Below are positions 1 through 13,364 of a stretch of DNA of 64,000 bases, one piece after another. The notes beneath the pieces are model-generated. The model had not been told where the DNA came from, did not search any database, and worked only from the letters and a program-made list of their open reading frames with translations. Position 1 is the stretch's first letter; every line of letters starts with the position of its first letter. Origin of the DNA: Eledone cirrhosa (lineage: Eukaryota); the NCBI GenBank assembly GCA_964016885.1, contig OZ024741.1, positions 80,414,001-80,478,000 of the forward strand, written 5' to 3'. A program made the position numbers and the translations under genes.

Positions 1-30
1 CTTATATACTGTGTCTGCCATTGTAATGTT

Positions 31-170
31 GGTTCTTGTCGGATGACCATGTAATAAACAGGCGAAACTCCAGAGTAACATGACTCACTTTTTAGCCTTA
101 ATAGTATTGAATATTAAAACTCTACCTTGGTATTGAGTACTCCTTTCTCTCAGCCATCAACCACATATGG
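31..170 (+). mobile_element. Degenerate Penelope-like pLTR remnant with decayed type I hammerhead (31-84)
   Basis: Reads gttcttgt-CGGATGA-ccatgtaataaacaggc-GAAA-ctc ca gag-TA-acatgac: hammerhead layout with a mutated core and imperfect stems I/II. Followed by gtattgagtactc (also present inverted at ~20298-20310) and then TA repeats. Confidence 0.55.
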
Positions 171-303
171 ATATATATACATACACACACACAGAAGAAT
201 ATTATCTCCAGTACATTTTCCAGGGGAAGTAGGTTTTGGCTGTCATTGTATATATATATATATGTATGTATGTTTGTATGTGTGTGTATATATATATATA
301 TAT

Positions 304-632
304 ATCATATAAGAAAGGGAGAATCAGTGTTGCGACGAATAAAATTTATTAGACATATTACAATCGTTTCTGTGGCGACCAGCTCGAGGCACAATCGATG
401 CAATGATTGAGCCTGACTCTGAAATCATCTTGCGATTTCAGAGTCATGTTCGATCATTACATCGATCGTGCCTCGAGCTGGTCGCCAGAGAAATGACTAA
501 TATGTCTAATAAATTTTATTCGTCGCAACACTGATCCTCCGTTTCTTATGTGATATTATACTCTGCTCTGTAAGAGCATCGAGTGCTCAAACGGGCTACC
601 GCTTACGAATGCTTTAAGCATCCCACACCAAT

Positions 633-633
<1 letters not shown>
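304..633. mobile_element. Head-to-head inverted PLE terminal fragment (hairpin 304-555 plus 3' tail) inside (TA)n
   Basis: ~120-bp inverted arms centred near 430. The arms carry an HHR 3' half (GAAAcgattgTA on the left arm, minus strand). TA runs flank both sides. Confidence 0.6.
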
Positions 634-665
<32 letters not shown>

Positions 666-834
666 GATGGTGGTGGTGGCAAAATAGAGGTCAGTTCTAC
701 AGCCAAAGTCCCTGGAGAATGGGAAGTGTGCACATATCATTGTATGTAGGTTGGTATCTGTGGAGTAGTCTCCTCAATGAAGGTCCCAAGTGTACCAGCT
801 GTATATTCAGGCCCTCTCTAATGGCTTGTCTGAT

Positions 835-1230
835 GCCAGCAGATATGGAACAAACTGCCTGCGTCAATTGTTAGCTGCCGAGACACTGCATCCTTTAAGA
901 CACTCATGCTTCCCGAAATACACCAAAACTACACCTGATGTACCCCTTCCATACACATGCACACATGTGTGTATCATGACTCGTGCACTGTTCATTTTAC
1001 TGATGTTTGTGCATTGCCCTATGTACTGTACATGTACTTTTTTGATGAGTTGTGGTGCACCTGGGCACTGTACACAATATTTCATTATTGTTATTGTTAT
1101 TATATCATGACTCATACACTGTTTATTTTCCTGACATTTGTACATTATTCTATGTACTATACATGCACCTTTGATGAGTTGTAGTGCACCTGAGCACTGT
1201 ACACAATAATTTCATTATTATTATTATTTA
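835..1230 (+). mobile_element. CR1-type LINE 3' end with duplicated 3' UTR and (ATT)n tail
   Basis: Matches the 3' end of the CR1 element at 15948-18345. The segment ttgatgagttgt..tgcacctg.gcactgtacacaat...ttcattatt occurs twice. Confidence 0.75.
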
Positions 1231-1232
1231 TC

Positions 1233-1545
1233 TTATTGAAAGCTTCAGGTAGCATATGTTACCTTTAATTTGAAGGCTCTATCTACAAACAAATTTTGGG
1301 ACTTCTGATGTGGTCAAGTCTCTCAGGCTTGCTGGCCATCATGTCCATGGACCAATTGGATCACACAGCACTCAGCATCTGTTACTCCAGGTATGTGGAT
1401 GATATCTTTATTCTCTTTTCATCATGTGAAGAAGCCGTCAAGATTTACATCTTCAAAAATATAGATACATATGTGAATTTTGAGGTTAAGTACCAAGCCA
1501 CCACTGGATCCCTCCCTCTATTCGACTTTACACTAAGAGTATGCA
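1233..1545 (+). pseudogene. Penelope-like reverse transcriptase fragment
   Basis: GLLMWSSLSGLLA...YSRYVDDIF...VNFEV...GSLPLFD resembles PLE RT motifs (GxxMGSPLS..LA, RYVDD, G.LPFLD). Short and decayed. Confidence 0.7.
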
Positions 1546-2280
1546 ATTGTTGTAACAGGTTATATATATTTACTTTGCATCCATGGATTCATATTTCTCA
1601 GTTTCAAAAGATTCCGCTTTAGAGTGAAAACAGAAATTGTTTGCTTAATTTATGCTAATAATATATATATTCATGTAAAAGTCGAATATTTTAGACCATT
1701 TTTTAAGGTGTCGACTATTACATGGATACTACTTTTGGTGTCGACTATTACATGGATACTACTTTTGAAGGGCTTGAAATTCAAGATAGAATCCAAAGTA
1801 CCATATCAGAAGCAGAAACGCAGCTGAGTGGTAAATGAATAAAAAAAAACACTGAATTACAGTAATATTACCAATTCTCTGCATCAAAACATGTGTCCTA
1901 ATAAATAACAAAATCCACAGACAAGGCTGCATAGCTCTTATAAATATTACACATGATCTTTCACTTGATCCATCAAACTTAACAGACTAACTTCATGTAA
2001 TCAATTTGTATCTCATAATTACTGTATATTACCATGGGTAATATATCAACTGGTATGATCCCCAGTAAAGCAGGCTTACAGTAGTGTAGGTACACATTTG
2101 GGTAAATTTTTAGTTTCAGACATGTATTTGCAATGATATAAATTTGCCTTAAATTCTTGACAAATTTACAACAGTGTTATTTCTAGGTACAGTATGATAT
2201 CTTGACCCACAAATGTTGACCTGTTATCCATGAAATACTTTTACATGAGATTGACTATTACTTCAGTATATACTACAAAT

Positions 2281-5200
2281 CATCATCATCATCATCATCA
2301 ACGTTTAACGTCCGTGTTCCACGCTTGCATGGGTTTGGACGGGGGTAGTCCCACTTGAGGCAAGAGTGATTGTCTTGCTCGCATAGGACTGTCTGGCAGG
2401 TTTTCTACAGTTGGATGCCCTTCCTAACACCAACCACATTTACAGTGTGGGTCTGGGAGGTTTTTACCGTGTTGCCTACACGGCCACATTACAGCGTGGA
2501 CTGTGTGTTTTTTTGTCGTGACACCTACACGATCTCATTTGTTTCGGCCTCGATGGCACGGCACCAACATAACTTTACATAGAACGGGGTGGTGTGGATG
2601 GGGTGGGGGTGGTGGTGGTGGGACGGGGTGTATTTTGTTAGAGATGCCTACTGGCTGGAGTAGGTTTTACTATATATTTAGGTAAGGCGGGTCTTCTCTG
2701 TTACTGAGTACCGCCAAAGGTCTCGGTCCAGTGACATTGTCTTGGAGAGGTGTAAGTGTGTGATGTCGGAGTTTATCAGCTCGTCCCAGGTTTTTCTAGG
2801 TCTGCCTATTCCGTGACTACCGTCTATCTTTATTGCCCTGCACTTTGTTATACAGCTATCGACTTTCATGCGCATCACGTGTCCATACCAACATAGCCTT
2901 CTCTCGAGTAAACAACATCTGATCCCTCTTATCTCTAATTTTTTCCTTAGTTCGTTTATGCTTTGCCGTTCACGTATATTACTGTTACACATCCAGCGGA
3001 GCATGCAAGCTTCGTTCCTCTCTAGTCTGCGTATATCCTCTGCACACAATGCCCAGGTCTCACTGCCATGCAGCATTGCTGTTCGTATGCAGGCATCGTA
3101 CAACCTGCCTTTCATTTTTAGGGAGAACCCTTTAGCAGCTAATAGTGGTATAAGCTCTCTGAACTTTTTCCAACCAGTTCTGACTCTAGCTACAGTACTT
3201 TCAGAGCACCCTCCCCCACTGCTGATTTTATCGCCCAGGTAACGGAAGCTGTCCACTATTTCTATAGAACCCTCTGCGCAATTGAAAGAGCTAGTATTTT
3301 GTGGGCACTTGCTGCTACTTATTGCACCAGAACACCGGCCACATGTAAAATCTATGTTCTTAGTTAGCTTACCTGTGATCCCACTACATCTTTTATGCAC
3401 CCATACTTTGCATTTAGGACATAAAATGGAGTTTCTACCTACGCCTTTCCTACACACCGAGCACGACCATTTCCCAGAAGGGACCGCCGCCTTGTTTTCT
3501 TTCCTACAAACTAGTACTTTGGTCTTAGCCAGGTTAATTTTAAGTCCTTTTGACTCTAGGCCGTGCTTCCATGTTTGGAATTTCTTCTCTAGCTCGACCA
3601 TTGATTCCGCTATGAGTGTCAGGTCATCTGCGTATAGGAGTTCCCATGGGCAGCCTGTCTTGAACTCCTCTGTTATAGCCTGAAGGGCAATAATAAATAG
3701 TAGTGGGCTGAGAACAGAGCCCTGATGGACGCCAACTTTTACGCTAAACTCTTCACTATATTCGTTGTTAATTCTAACCTTGCTGACTGTTTCTTTATAC
3801 ATGGCTTGTATAGCCCTCACAAGCCATTCGTCAACGCCTAGTTTTCTAAGAGCCCACCAGATAATGGAGCGGGGGACTCTGTCGAAGGCTTTCTCCAAGT
3901 CGACAAAAGCTAAGTAGAGGGGTTTACCTTTAGCTAGGTACTTCTCCTGTAGTTGTCGTACTATGAAAAGAGCGTCTGTGGTACTTTTGCCTGACACAAA
4001 CCCGAACTGCATTTCATCTAGGTCAATTCTCTCTCTGATTAGTTGCGCTATTACTTTTTCCGTGACCTTCATGACCTGGTCGATTAATTTAATGCCTCTA
4101 TAGTTACTCCTATCTAGGGCGTCTCCTTTACCCTTATAACAGTTAACGATGATGCTGCTATGCCAGTCCTTCGGAACAACCCCATTCTGTACGACTTGGT
4201 TAACTATGCGGGTGACCATGGTGTGTCCCACCGTGCCAGATGCCTTCAGCATCTCAGCAACTATTTCCGAAGGCCCAGCCGCCTTACCCGTCTTCATATC
4301 CTTGATTGTTGCCTTACTTATTATACTCCCCTCGACTAACACTGCTGGTCCCTCTATTGGGTCGATATGGGGGAGACTGTCTTTCTCCCATTTATTCTCC
4401 TCATTTAGTAGCCTTTCATAGTGACACTTCCAAGCTACCTTCTTATCAGCGTCGGTGATGGCAAGTGTGCCATCGTCGTTTAGTACACACTTCTCCCCGA
4501 CAATATCACGGTTTTCCTTGACGCATTGCCTAGCAATCCTGAACACCTCACGTTTTTGGTCATCGCGTTGTAGAACATGCTTGAACTTTCTTTCCTCAGC
4601 TTCCCTTCTTGCTAAGTACACTTGTCTCCTAGCTTCCCTCCTGGCCACTTGATAGTCTTCTCTACTTCCCCCATCCCGCCATACTTTCCAAGCCTGCTTT
4701 TTGGCCTTAATTGACCCCTCCACCTTACTGTTCCACCACCATGTTACTCTCCTCCTGCCTACAGGCCTGCTCCAGCCACAGACTTCGTCTGTCGCCAACA
4801 GCAGGTTTGCTTTCAGAAATTCCCACTCTCCCTCTATATTGTCCGACTCTAAATGTTCTTCCTTACTGTCGAAAGCATCAAGTAATATGCTTTGAAATTT
4901 ATTCCTGGCTGTGGGGTCCTTTAGCTTCCATATTTTTCTCCTGAGGATAGTCCTCTTCTGCTGTCGAGTACGTCTCGTCCTGACTATGAGGTCGCTAATT
5001 ATCAGTCTATGTTGGGAGGTGCATTCTTCATGGGGGAGGGATTTAGTGTTTACAACAGACACTCTGTCACGTCTTCTGGTAAGGATATAATCTACCTGGC
5101 TTGTGTGTTCCCCGGATCTATAGGTGATCAGGTGATTGTCACGTTTTTTGAAGTTAGTGTTACAGATAGTTAGGTTATTTGCATCACAGAATTCCAGGAT

Positions 5201-5806
5201 TCTGGAGCCTTCCTCATTTCTAGTACCAAACCCATAGCCTCCATGGATTTCGTCGTAGCCGTCACAATGTTGTCCAACGTGACCATTTAGGTCGCCTGCG
5301 ATAATTATATAGTCACTGTCGGATATTTGGGAGGTAGTTAGCATCAGTGTCTCATAGAATCTGTCTTTTATAGTGCCGGGCAGTCCGGATTGGGGTGCGT
5401 ACGCAGATATTACTGTCACCATAGTTCTATTGAGGACAAGTCGTATTTTAATTATTCTGTCGTTCACTCTATTTACGTCTATTATCTTATCTGCCCACTT
5501 TTCTGCTACCATGATTCCTACACCACCCAGCCCATCGTCGTTTCCCACCCAGAAAAGCTTATAACATCGTTTTTTGCCCTCAATGAACCTAACAGACCCA
5601 CCCCTCCACCTGGTCTCTTGAATACAACAAACATCGACCTCCTTACGTTCAAGCATTTCTACAACCTCGTTAGCGCGACCCTTTAGGGTGCCTACATTTA
5701 TGGTACCAACTCTGAAGTTTTGGATTGCGTTTGGGGGTTGGGGGCGGTGGGGGGCGGGGGGCGATGGGGTTATGTTAGCCGTCCGCGGTCGAAACAATGA
5801 GGAGTG

Positions 5807-5810
<4 letters not shown>
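2281..5810 (-). mobile_element. RTE-clade LINE, near full length, (CAT)n/(ATG)n 3' tail, 5' end abuts a long (TA)n run
   Basis: Single ORF with APE endonuclease and RT. ~400-bp 3' UTR ending ggacgttaaacgttgatgatgatg. Confidence 0.95.
2678..5809 (-). CDS. RTE LINE ORF: APE endonuclease + RT + PHD-like Cys/His finger + C-terminal domain (~1040 aa open frame)
   Basis: Motifs GTINVGTL, CIQETRW, SAYAPQ, AGDLNGH, SQHRL (EN); YRGIKL, FVDLEKAFDRV, GVHQGSVLSP, YADD (RT); CSVC..CPKC..H..C..CGRC; [13 protein letters not shown]. The first 31 aa of the listed 1074-aa ORF come from flank and microsatellite. Confidence 0.9.
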
Positions 5811-5860
<50 letters not shown>

Positions 5861-7074
5861 TGTGTGTGCGTATGTGTAAAAGGTAAACAGAAATAACAAC
5901 ACAAACAGTACAGTATATGGGAGGAATATACTAGTTTAACGCTTGGAATAGCAGGAAGAGGGTCTTAACGTTTCAAATGCTAGTCCTTCATCAGAAGAAA
6001 GAATGAGAAATTAGCAAGATTGAGGGGATGGGCGGGGCAGAATCGGAAAAAAAAATTTAGAGAAAAATAACGGCCATTCATGTTGCCATCTCTTGGAAAA
6101 CTGTTGATGCTGGTGTGTACATATACATACATACAAACACACACATATATATATATATACATAGTGAGAGAGAAACTAATTACTGTTATTGTTGGAGTGT
6201 TTTTGTTGTTTTTTTTACACATGGCACTTTTCTTCCTTTGATTTTTATTGGAAAAGGTAAGAAATTCTTCATAGTTTTATTTGTACATGTATGACGTATT
6301 TAGTTATGACTTATATATATATATATGACTTAGTTGTTAATGTTTATGCGCAATAAATTGGATATACACAAAATATTTTACCAATTTTTATACAATTCCT
6401 AATAATAATTAATTATAAAAATACAATAGGATTTTTAAGAGATCAAATGGGGTCCCTCAGAGTAAAAGAGGAATGAAATGGGATCATAGGTAAAAAAAAA
6501 AAGGTTGAGAACCACTAGTGTAAACAATGTAGAAACAGAACAAAAACCTGTGGATTACGTAGAACCAAACAGACACTCATACTCCTGAACTCAGTAAATG
6601 TGCTAACTATTTAAATGTCAAGTCAGTGATCTTCAATAAATGAGGTCACTTAGATAAATATCTTATGAATTAACACACAGTTATTCACTAAGAGCACTTA
6701 TATATATTACATAGTCCCCTAGTTCTTCAGCATTCCTGCATAAATCTTCAATCTTAATTTTTTAAGTTTTCTGTATATATCCAAAGTGATAAATGTAATT
6801 TACTTCAATAATCTCTCTCAATTACAATGCCAAACTTTACTTCCAACTCAATACATTAGAGATAACTTCAACTTCCCTTTCTGTTATCAAAACAAGATAT
6901 TTTTTATCTCAATATTTTAACATTTTAAAGACATATTTTTCTAACTTGAGTTAGCCCAAAGGAAATAACTCTTGCCAAACTATATGTAATTAACAAGTAA
7001 TGAGTTATGTCCCTTACCTAATCAATAAACGTTATCATAAACAACGTTGCTATCGTTACCATCGTCATTGCCAA

Positions 7075-7262
7075 CGGTGGTGGATTGGCAGTATCGGTAG
7101 AGGGTTTGACGCCATGTTTTGCAGCAAAGAGTTACAGCCCTTTATGGTCTGAGTTCAAATCCCGCGGAGGTTAACTTTGCCTTTCATCCTTACGGGGTCG
7201 ATAAAATAAAGTACTAGTAATATACTGGATCAATATATTTGTGCCAAAAGTAGAAATAATTA
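7075..7262 (+). mobile_element. tRNA-derived SINE (family with gcctttcatcct..ggggtcgataaa central domain)
   Basis: A-box-like tggcagtatcgg, B-box gagttcaaatcc and a conserved central domain. Many related copies in the window. Confidence 0.8.
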
Positions 7263-7826
7263 TTACCTTCCCCATACTTCTATAGAGGACATTCGTTTTA
7301 CCACTACACAGTGACTCCCATCACCTACTTTCTCCTATCAGTCCAACCATAAGCACCTTCACAACAAGCATCACCATCGTCACCATCATTACCACCATAA
7401 CGAATACTATCTAACTCATCAACACCATTGCCATTGCTACATCCATTTCAATCCCTTTATTCATTAATTTATCTATGTACTCATTTATCCATTCACTTAT
7501 ATGTACACATACTTATAACTTCATCTGCCATTATCATACTCTCTATCTTCTTCTCTTGAATTTACCCCAACCTAGCAACATCATCAACATCATTATCATT
7601 AACACAGCTGTCATTCCAATACACGCCCACATGTGTGTATATAGGTGTCTATGCATATTATTTGTTCATATGACCCTTGTTCTTTTTTCCTTTATTTTTT
7701 TATTATTCTCAGGATTGATGCTTCACCATATGAAAGTCAAAGACCATTAAGCACAAACTTGAGGCTCGTGAATCCGAGATAAAACTTTACGACTTTAACA
7801 TTATATGCATATATGTATGTGTTTAT

Positions 7827-7828
<2 letters not shown>

Positions 7829-7907
<79 letters not shown>
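7829..7907. repeat. (CA)n microsatellite
   Basis: Pure AC run of about 80 bp. Confidence 0.95.
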
Positions 7908-7912
<5 letters not shown>

Positions 7913-7925
7913 GTATATATATATA

Positions 7926-10768
7926 ACATGAACTTTAAAAAACAAGACAACCACTTAATCACCTATAGATCAGGTGAGCACACCAGCCAGATAGATTTCA
8001 TTCTTACCAGAAGATGAGACAGAGTGACTGTTGTGAACACAATGTACCTCCCTGGTGAAGAATGCACCTCCCAACATAACTTAGTAGTTAGTGACCTTAT
8101 AGTCAATGCTAGAAGAACCCAGCAACAGAAGACAACTTGGAGGAGAAGAATATGGAAATTAAAAAACCCATCGATCAGTAACAAATTTAGAAGTATGCTG
8201 ATTGACGCCTTCAACAGTAAGGAAGAGCAAATAGAGACATACGATATAGAGGAGCAATAAGAGTTCATGAAAGGTAACCTACTGAAGGTGACAGATGAAA
8301 TCTGTGGTTGGAGTAGGTCTCCAGGGAGACGGAGAGTGACTTATTGGTGGAATAGTAAGGTAGATGAGACAATTAAGGCCAAAAGACAAGCTTGAAAAGA
8401 TTGGCAAAATGGCGGTAGTAGAGAAGTCTACTAGAATGCTAAGAGAGAAGCTAGGTGATAAGTATACTTTGTAAGAAGCGTAGCAGAAAACCAAAACATT
8501 CAGCATGTTTTGCAGCATAAGGATCAAAGGCATGAAGTGTTCAGGAGTGCAAGGCAATGTATCAGGGAAAATCATCATGTCGGTGGGGAGAAGTGTGTTT
8601 GAAATGATTATGGCAAACTTACCCTCACTGATGCCGAAAAGAAGGTAGCATGGAAATGCCACTATGATAGATTACTGAATGAGGAGAATGTATGGGAACA
8701 AAATAGGTTGCCCCAAGTTGACCCAACAGAGGGACTGGCTGTACAAGTCAGCAGTTGTATAGTAAGTAAAGCAATCAAAGATATGAAGTCAGACAGGGAA
8801 GCTGGACCCTCAGTGATAGTTGCTGAGATGCTGAAAGCATCAGGAATGGTAGGCCACACCATGGTCTCCTGCATTGTTAACCAAGTTATACAAAATGACT
8901 GGTGTAGCAGCATCGTCAACTGCTACAAGGGCAAAGGTGATGCTCTAGCTAGAGAAAACTATAGAGGCATTAAGTTGGTTTACCAGTTCATGAAGGTCAC
9001 AGAAAGAGTTATAGCACTGCTGATTAGAGAACAAGTTAACCTAGATGAGCTGCAGTTTGGATTTGTACCAGGTAAAAGTACCACAGATGCCCTCTTCCTT
9101 GTAAGGCAATGGCAGGAGAGGTACCTAGTTAATGGTAAACCCCTCTACTTGGCTTTTGTGGACCTGGAGAAAGCTTTTCATAGGGTCCTCCATTCCTTTA
9201 TCTGGTGAGCTCTTAGAAAACTAGGAGTAAATGAGTGGCTTGTGAGGGCAGTACAAGCCATGTATAGAGGAACAGTCAGTAAAGTCAGAATTAACAATGA
9301 CTATTGCAAAGAATTTATCATGCAGGTTGGTGTCCATCAAGGCTCAGTTCTTAGCCCTCTCATGTTTATTATGATCCTGCAGGAAACAACGGAAGAGTTT
9401 AGGATTGGCTGCCCACAGGAACTTCTGTATGCGGATGACCTAACCCTTATAGTTGAATCTATAGTTGAATTAGAGGTGAAATTCCAATCCTGGAAGCATG
9501 GCCTAGAATTAAAAAAATCTTAAAGTCATCTAGTAAGTAGAAAGGAAAACAGGCCCAGATCTCCCCAGGGAACTGGCCCTGCTCAGTGTGCAGAAAAAGT
9601 GTAGGTAGAAATTCCATCCTATGTCCCAAATGTAAACTATGGGTACACAAGAGATGTAGTGGGATCTCAGGCAGGCTAAAAAAAGAATGTAGGTTTTACA
9701 TGTGGCCAGTGCACAGGGGCAGCAAGTAGCAAGAGCTCTCGAGATGCAAACTCCTTCAAATGCCCAGAGGGCTCTGTAGAAGTGGTAGAGAGTTTCTGTT
9801 ACCTGGGTGTCCAAATTAGCAGTGGAGGAGGGTGTTCTGACAGCACAGTAGCCAGAGTGAGATGGGGTTGGAGAAAGTTCAGGGAGTTACTACTGCTGCT
9901 AACTACAAAAGGTTTTTCCCTCAAAATGAAATGCTGACTGTATGATGCATGTATACGAACAACAATATTGCACAGCAGCAAGCACGACCGGGGCACTGTG
10001 TGCAGAGGTCCTGCAAAGATTGGAAAGAAATGAAGCCTCTATGCTTCGATGGATATGCAATAGCAATATACATGAATGGCAAAGCATAAATGAACTGCAA
10101 GAGAAATTAGGCATAAGAGGGATCAGATGCAGTGTACAGGAAAGGAGAATGCATTGGTATGGACATGTGGTGCGTATGAAGGATGACAGATGTATAAAAA
10201 GGTGCAGGAGACTCAAGGTTGATGGAAGCTATCGTGTAGGAAAACTTGGGATGAGGTGAAAATAGCTGACCTTGCATAATTGCACCTCTCAAAGGCGATG
10301 ACACAGGATCGAGATCTCAGGCCTTATGAAATAATACAGAAGATCTGCCTTCACATGTGTATGGGTTGAAGCATACATCTTGTATGCACTACTTTCCCCC
10401 TCCCCTTCCATACACCTATATGCCCTAACAACTATCCCCTGTCTATATCCCTCCCCTTCTTCCACCTCCCATATCCTATCACTCCACCCACCCATGCCTG
10501 AACATCCTGCCCTCTCACAAACACCTCTAGATCTACCTCCACCCCCAAGAACCCAGCCCACACTTCAAAGTAGTTGTGTATGTGTCATGACAAAAAGTAC
10601 CCAGCACACACTGTAAATGTGGTTGGTGTTATGAAGGGCATCCAGCCATAGAGACCAAGCCCAGTTCTGTATGAGCAAGTCATGGTCATCGGACCTGGCT
10701 TGTCTCACAACAGGGCAACTTGTCTAACCCATGCTAGCATGGAAAATGGACGTTAAATGATGATGATG
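7926..10768 (+). mobile_element. Decayed 5'-truncated RTE LINE related to the 2281-5810 copy
   Basis: ORF pieces ([40 protein letters not shown]) with many stops and frameshifts. 3' UTR ends ggacgttaaatgatgatgatg. Confidence 0.9.
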
Positions 10769-11461
10769 TATGTATGGCCATATAATGGCATGTCTAAGGC
10801 ACTTAAAACCTGTCAGAGGCCAACCCTTCTCCAGGTCTAAACTGAACACTGCAAATGTCTTCCAGAGAGAGGAGAGGGAGAAAGATATAAAGAAAAAGAA
10901 TTGACCCCAGTACTAGACTGTTAATTCTCTTTTGGTGAATTCGAAAGGATGAAAGGACAAGTTGGCCTTTGTGGGTTTGAACTTAGAGCACAGACAGCTA
11001 GAATGAATACCGCATTCTAATGACTCTACCAATTAACTGCCTTGGTTTTATAATACTAAGCTGTTATTTTTAGATGTTTATATTTATCTAAAAACCTTCC
11101 ATCATAATTTTATATAAGAAATGTTCCAAACATCAGATAAATAATGTGAAAGTTAGTTATATTAATTAATCTTTCCAAATTTTTGATTATTTTCAAAATG
11201 ATTTGAAAATGTTAGTGTATTTTATTAGAAACATGGTTATGAAAGGCTTAAAGTGTATATATTTATCTAAAAATCCTCCATCATGGTTTTATGTACAGAC
11301 CTTTGTTACATTATGTTTCAAGCATCAGCTTGAGAACATTATTTTGATTATTTTAAAAATAATTTTAAAATCCTAGACAGTGTCTCTCATTAGAAATATG
11401 GAAATGAAAGGGTTAAAGAACTTTAGACAAAACAGATAAAACAATTGGGCTATATATATAT

Positions 11462-12820
11462 ATAGCTGAATCTATGGCTGAACTAGAGAAGAAATTCCAA
11501 ACATGGAAGCATGGCCTAGAATCAAAAGGCCTTAAAGTTAACTTGTCTAAGATTAAAGTTCTAGTATGTAGAAAAGAAAATAAGGCACAGTTGCCCTCTG
11601 GGAAATGGCCATACTCAGTGTGTAGAAAGGAGTAGGTAGAAATTCCATTTTATGTCCCAAATGCAAAGTATGGGTACATAAAAGATATAGTGGGATCACA
11701 GGTAAACTATCTAAGAACGTAGATTTTATATGTGGCTGATGCTCAGGTGCAATAAGTAGCAAGTGCCCACAGAACACTAGCTCCTTCTATTGCCCAGATA
11801 GTTTTATAGAAATAGTGGACACTTTCCGTTACCTGGGTGACAAAATCAGCAGTGGTGAAGGGTGCTCTGAAAGTACAGTAGCCAGAGTCAGAATGGGATG
11901 GAAAAAGTTCAGAGAGCTTATACCGCTGTTGGCCACAAGAGGTTTCTCTCTAAAAATGAAAGGCAGATTGTATGATGCCTGTATACGAACAGCAATGCTA
12001 CATGGTAGTGAGACATGGGCATTACGTGCAGAGGACCTGCGTAGATTGAAAAGGAATGAAGTATGCACGCTCCTTTGGATGTGTAATAGTAATATAAGCT
12101 AACGGCAAAACATAAATGAACTAAGTGAGAAATTAGGAATAAGAGGGATCAGATGCTGTTTACTTGAGAGAAGACTACGTTGGTATGGTCACGTGATGCG
12201 CATGAAAGACGACAGTTGTATAAAAAAGTGCAGGGCGATCAAAATTGATGGAAGTTACAGAGTAGGTAGACCCAGAAAAACCTGGGATGATTTGATAAAT
12301 TCCGACCTTACACACTTGCACCACTCTAAGACAATGTCACTGGAACGAGATCTTTGTGGCACCACGCAGTAATACAGAAGACCCGCCTTGCCTATGTACT
12401 AAGCGAAACCTCAGTAGGCACCTCTTAACCAAATATACACCCCAATCCACTACCCCTACTCCATCCTCCCACTCCCACCAACACCACCCTTTCTCTGTAA
12501 AGTTGGTACCACAACATCCAGTCCAAATTAATGAAATAATGAGATCGAGATCGAGATTGTGTAGGTGTCACAACAAAAAAAACATACAGTCCATGCTGTA
12601 ATGTGTTCGTGTAGGTAACTCTGTAAAAAGCTCCCAGTCCACACTGTAAATGTGGTTAGTGTTAGGAAGGGCATCCAGCCGTAGAAAACCTGCCAGATAG
12701 TCCTATACGAGCGAGACATGGTCACCCGACCAATCGTGCCTCAAATTGGGACAACTCCCGTCTAACCCATGCTAGCGTGAAGATAGACGTTAAACGATGA
12801 TGATGATGATGATGATGATA
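11462..12820 (+). mobile_element. RTE LINE 3' fragment (same family as 2281-5810)
   Basis: AESMAELEKKFQTWKHGLE..., [10 protein letters not shown], 3' UTR and (GAT)n tail. Begins directly after a TA run. Confidence 0.9.
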
Positions 12821-13364
12821 TATATATGTGTGTCAGTAGGATGACTGTGGAGATATGTTGACCTGTGGCAACTGGAAAGACAAATATAAAGAGAGACAAA
12901 TATACTGGGAGAGGATTTAAATGACATTGTCCTTATTGTTATTGGCATCGTCATCATCATCATCATCATCATCATCATCACCACCACCACTACCACCACG
13001 AATATCATCGTCATCATCATCATCATCACCAGCACAACAACATTTATGTTAACTGGTAAAATGGAACTTTAAACTGAAACATTGACAGAGAAAGAGTGTG
13101 TGTGGGAGGAGGGGGGGGGGGGGGGTATATGTGTATGTGTATGGGGGGGGGGTGTATGTGCATAGGGAAGAGGTTCAGTAATAATGTTTGTTGATTATAC
13201 TAACATTTTAAAATAGATTGAATATCAATCAATCAGTTTGTGTCTAGTATTTAACCTCTAACAACATTAATATTGAACAGTGAATATTTAGTGAAACCTA
13301 TCAATGCTATTTTCACACAATTCCATTGAGTTGTTTGATGAGTTTATACTGTTTAATTATTATT

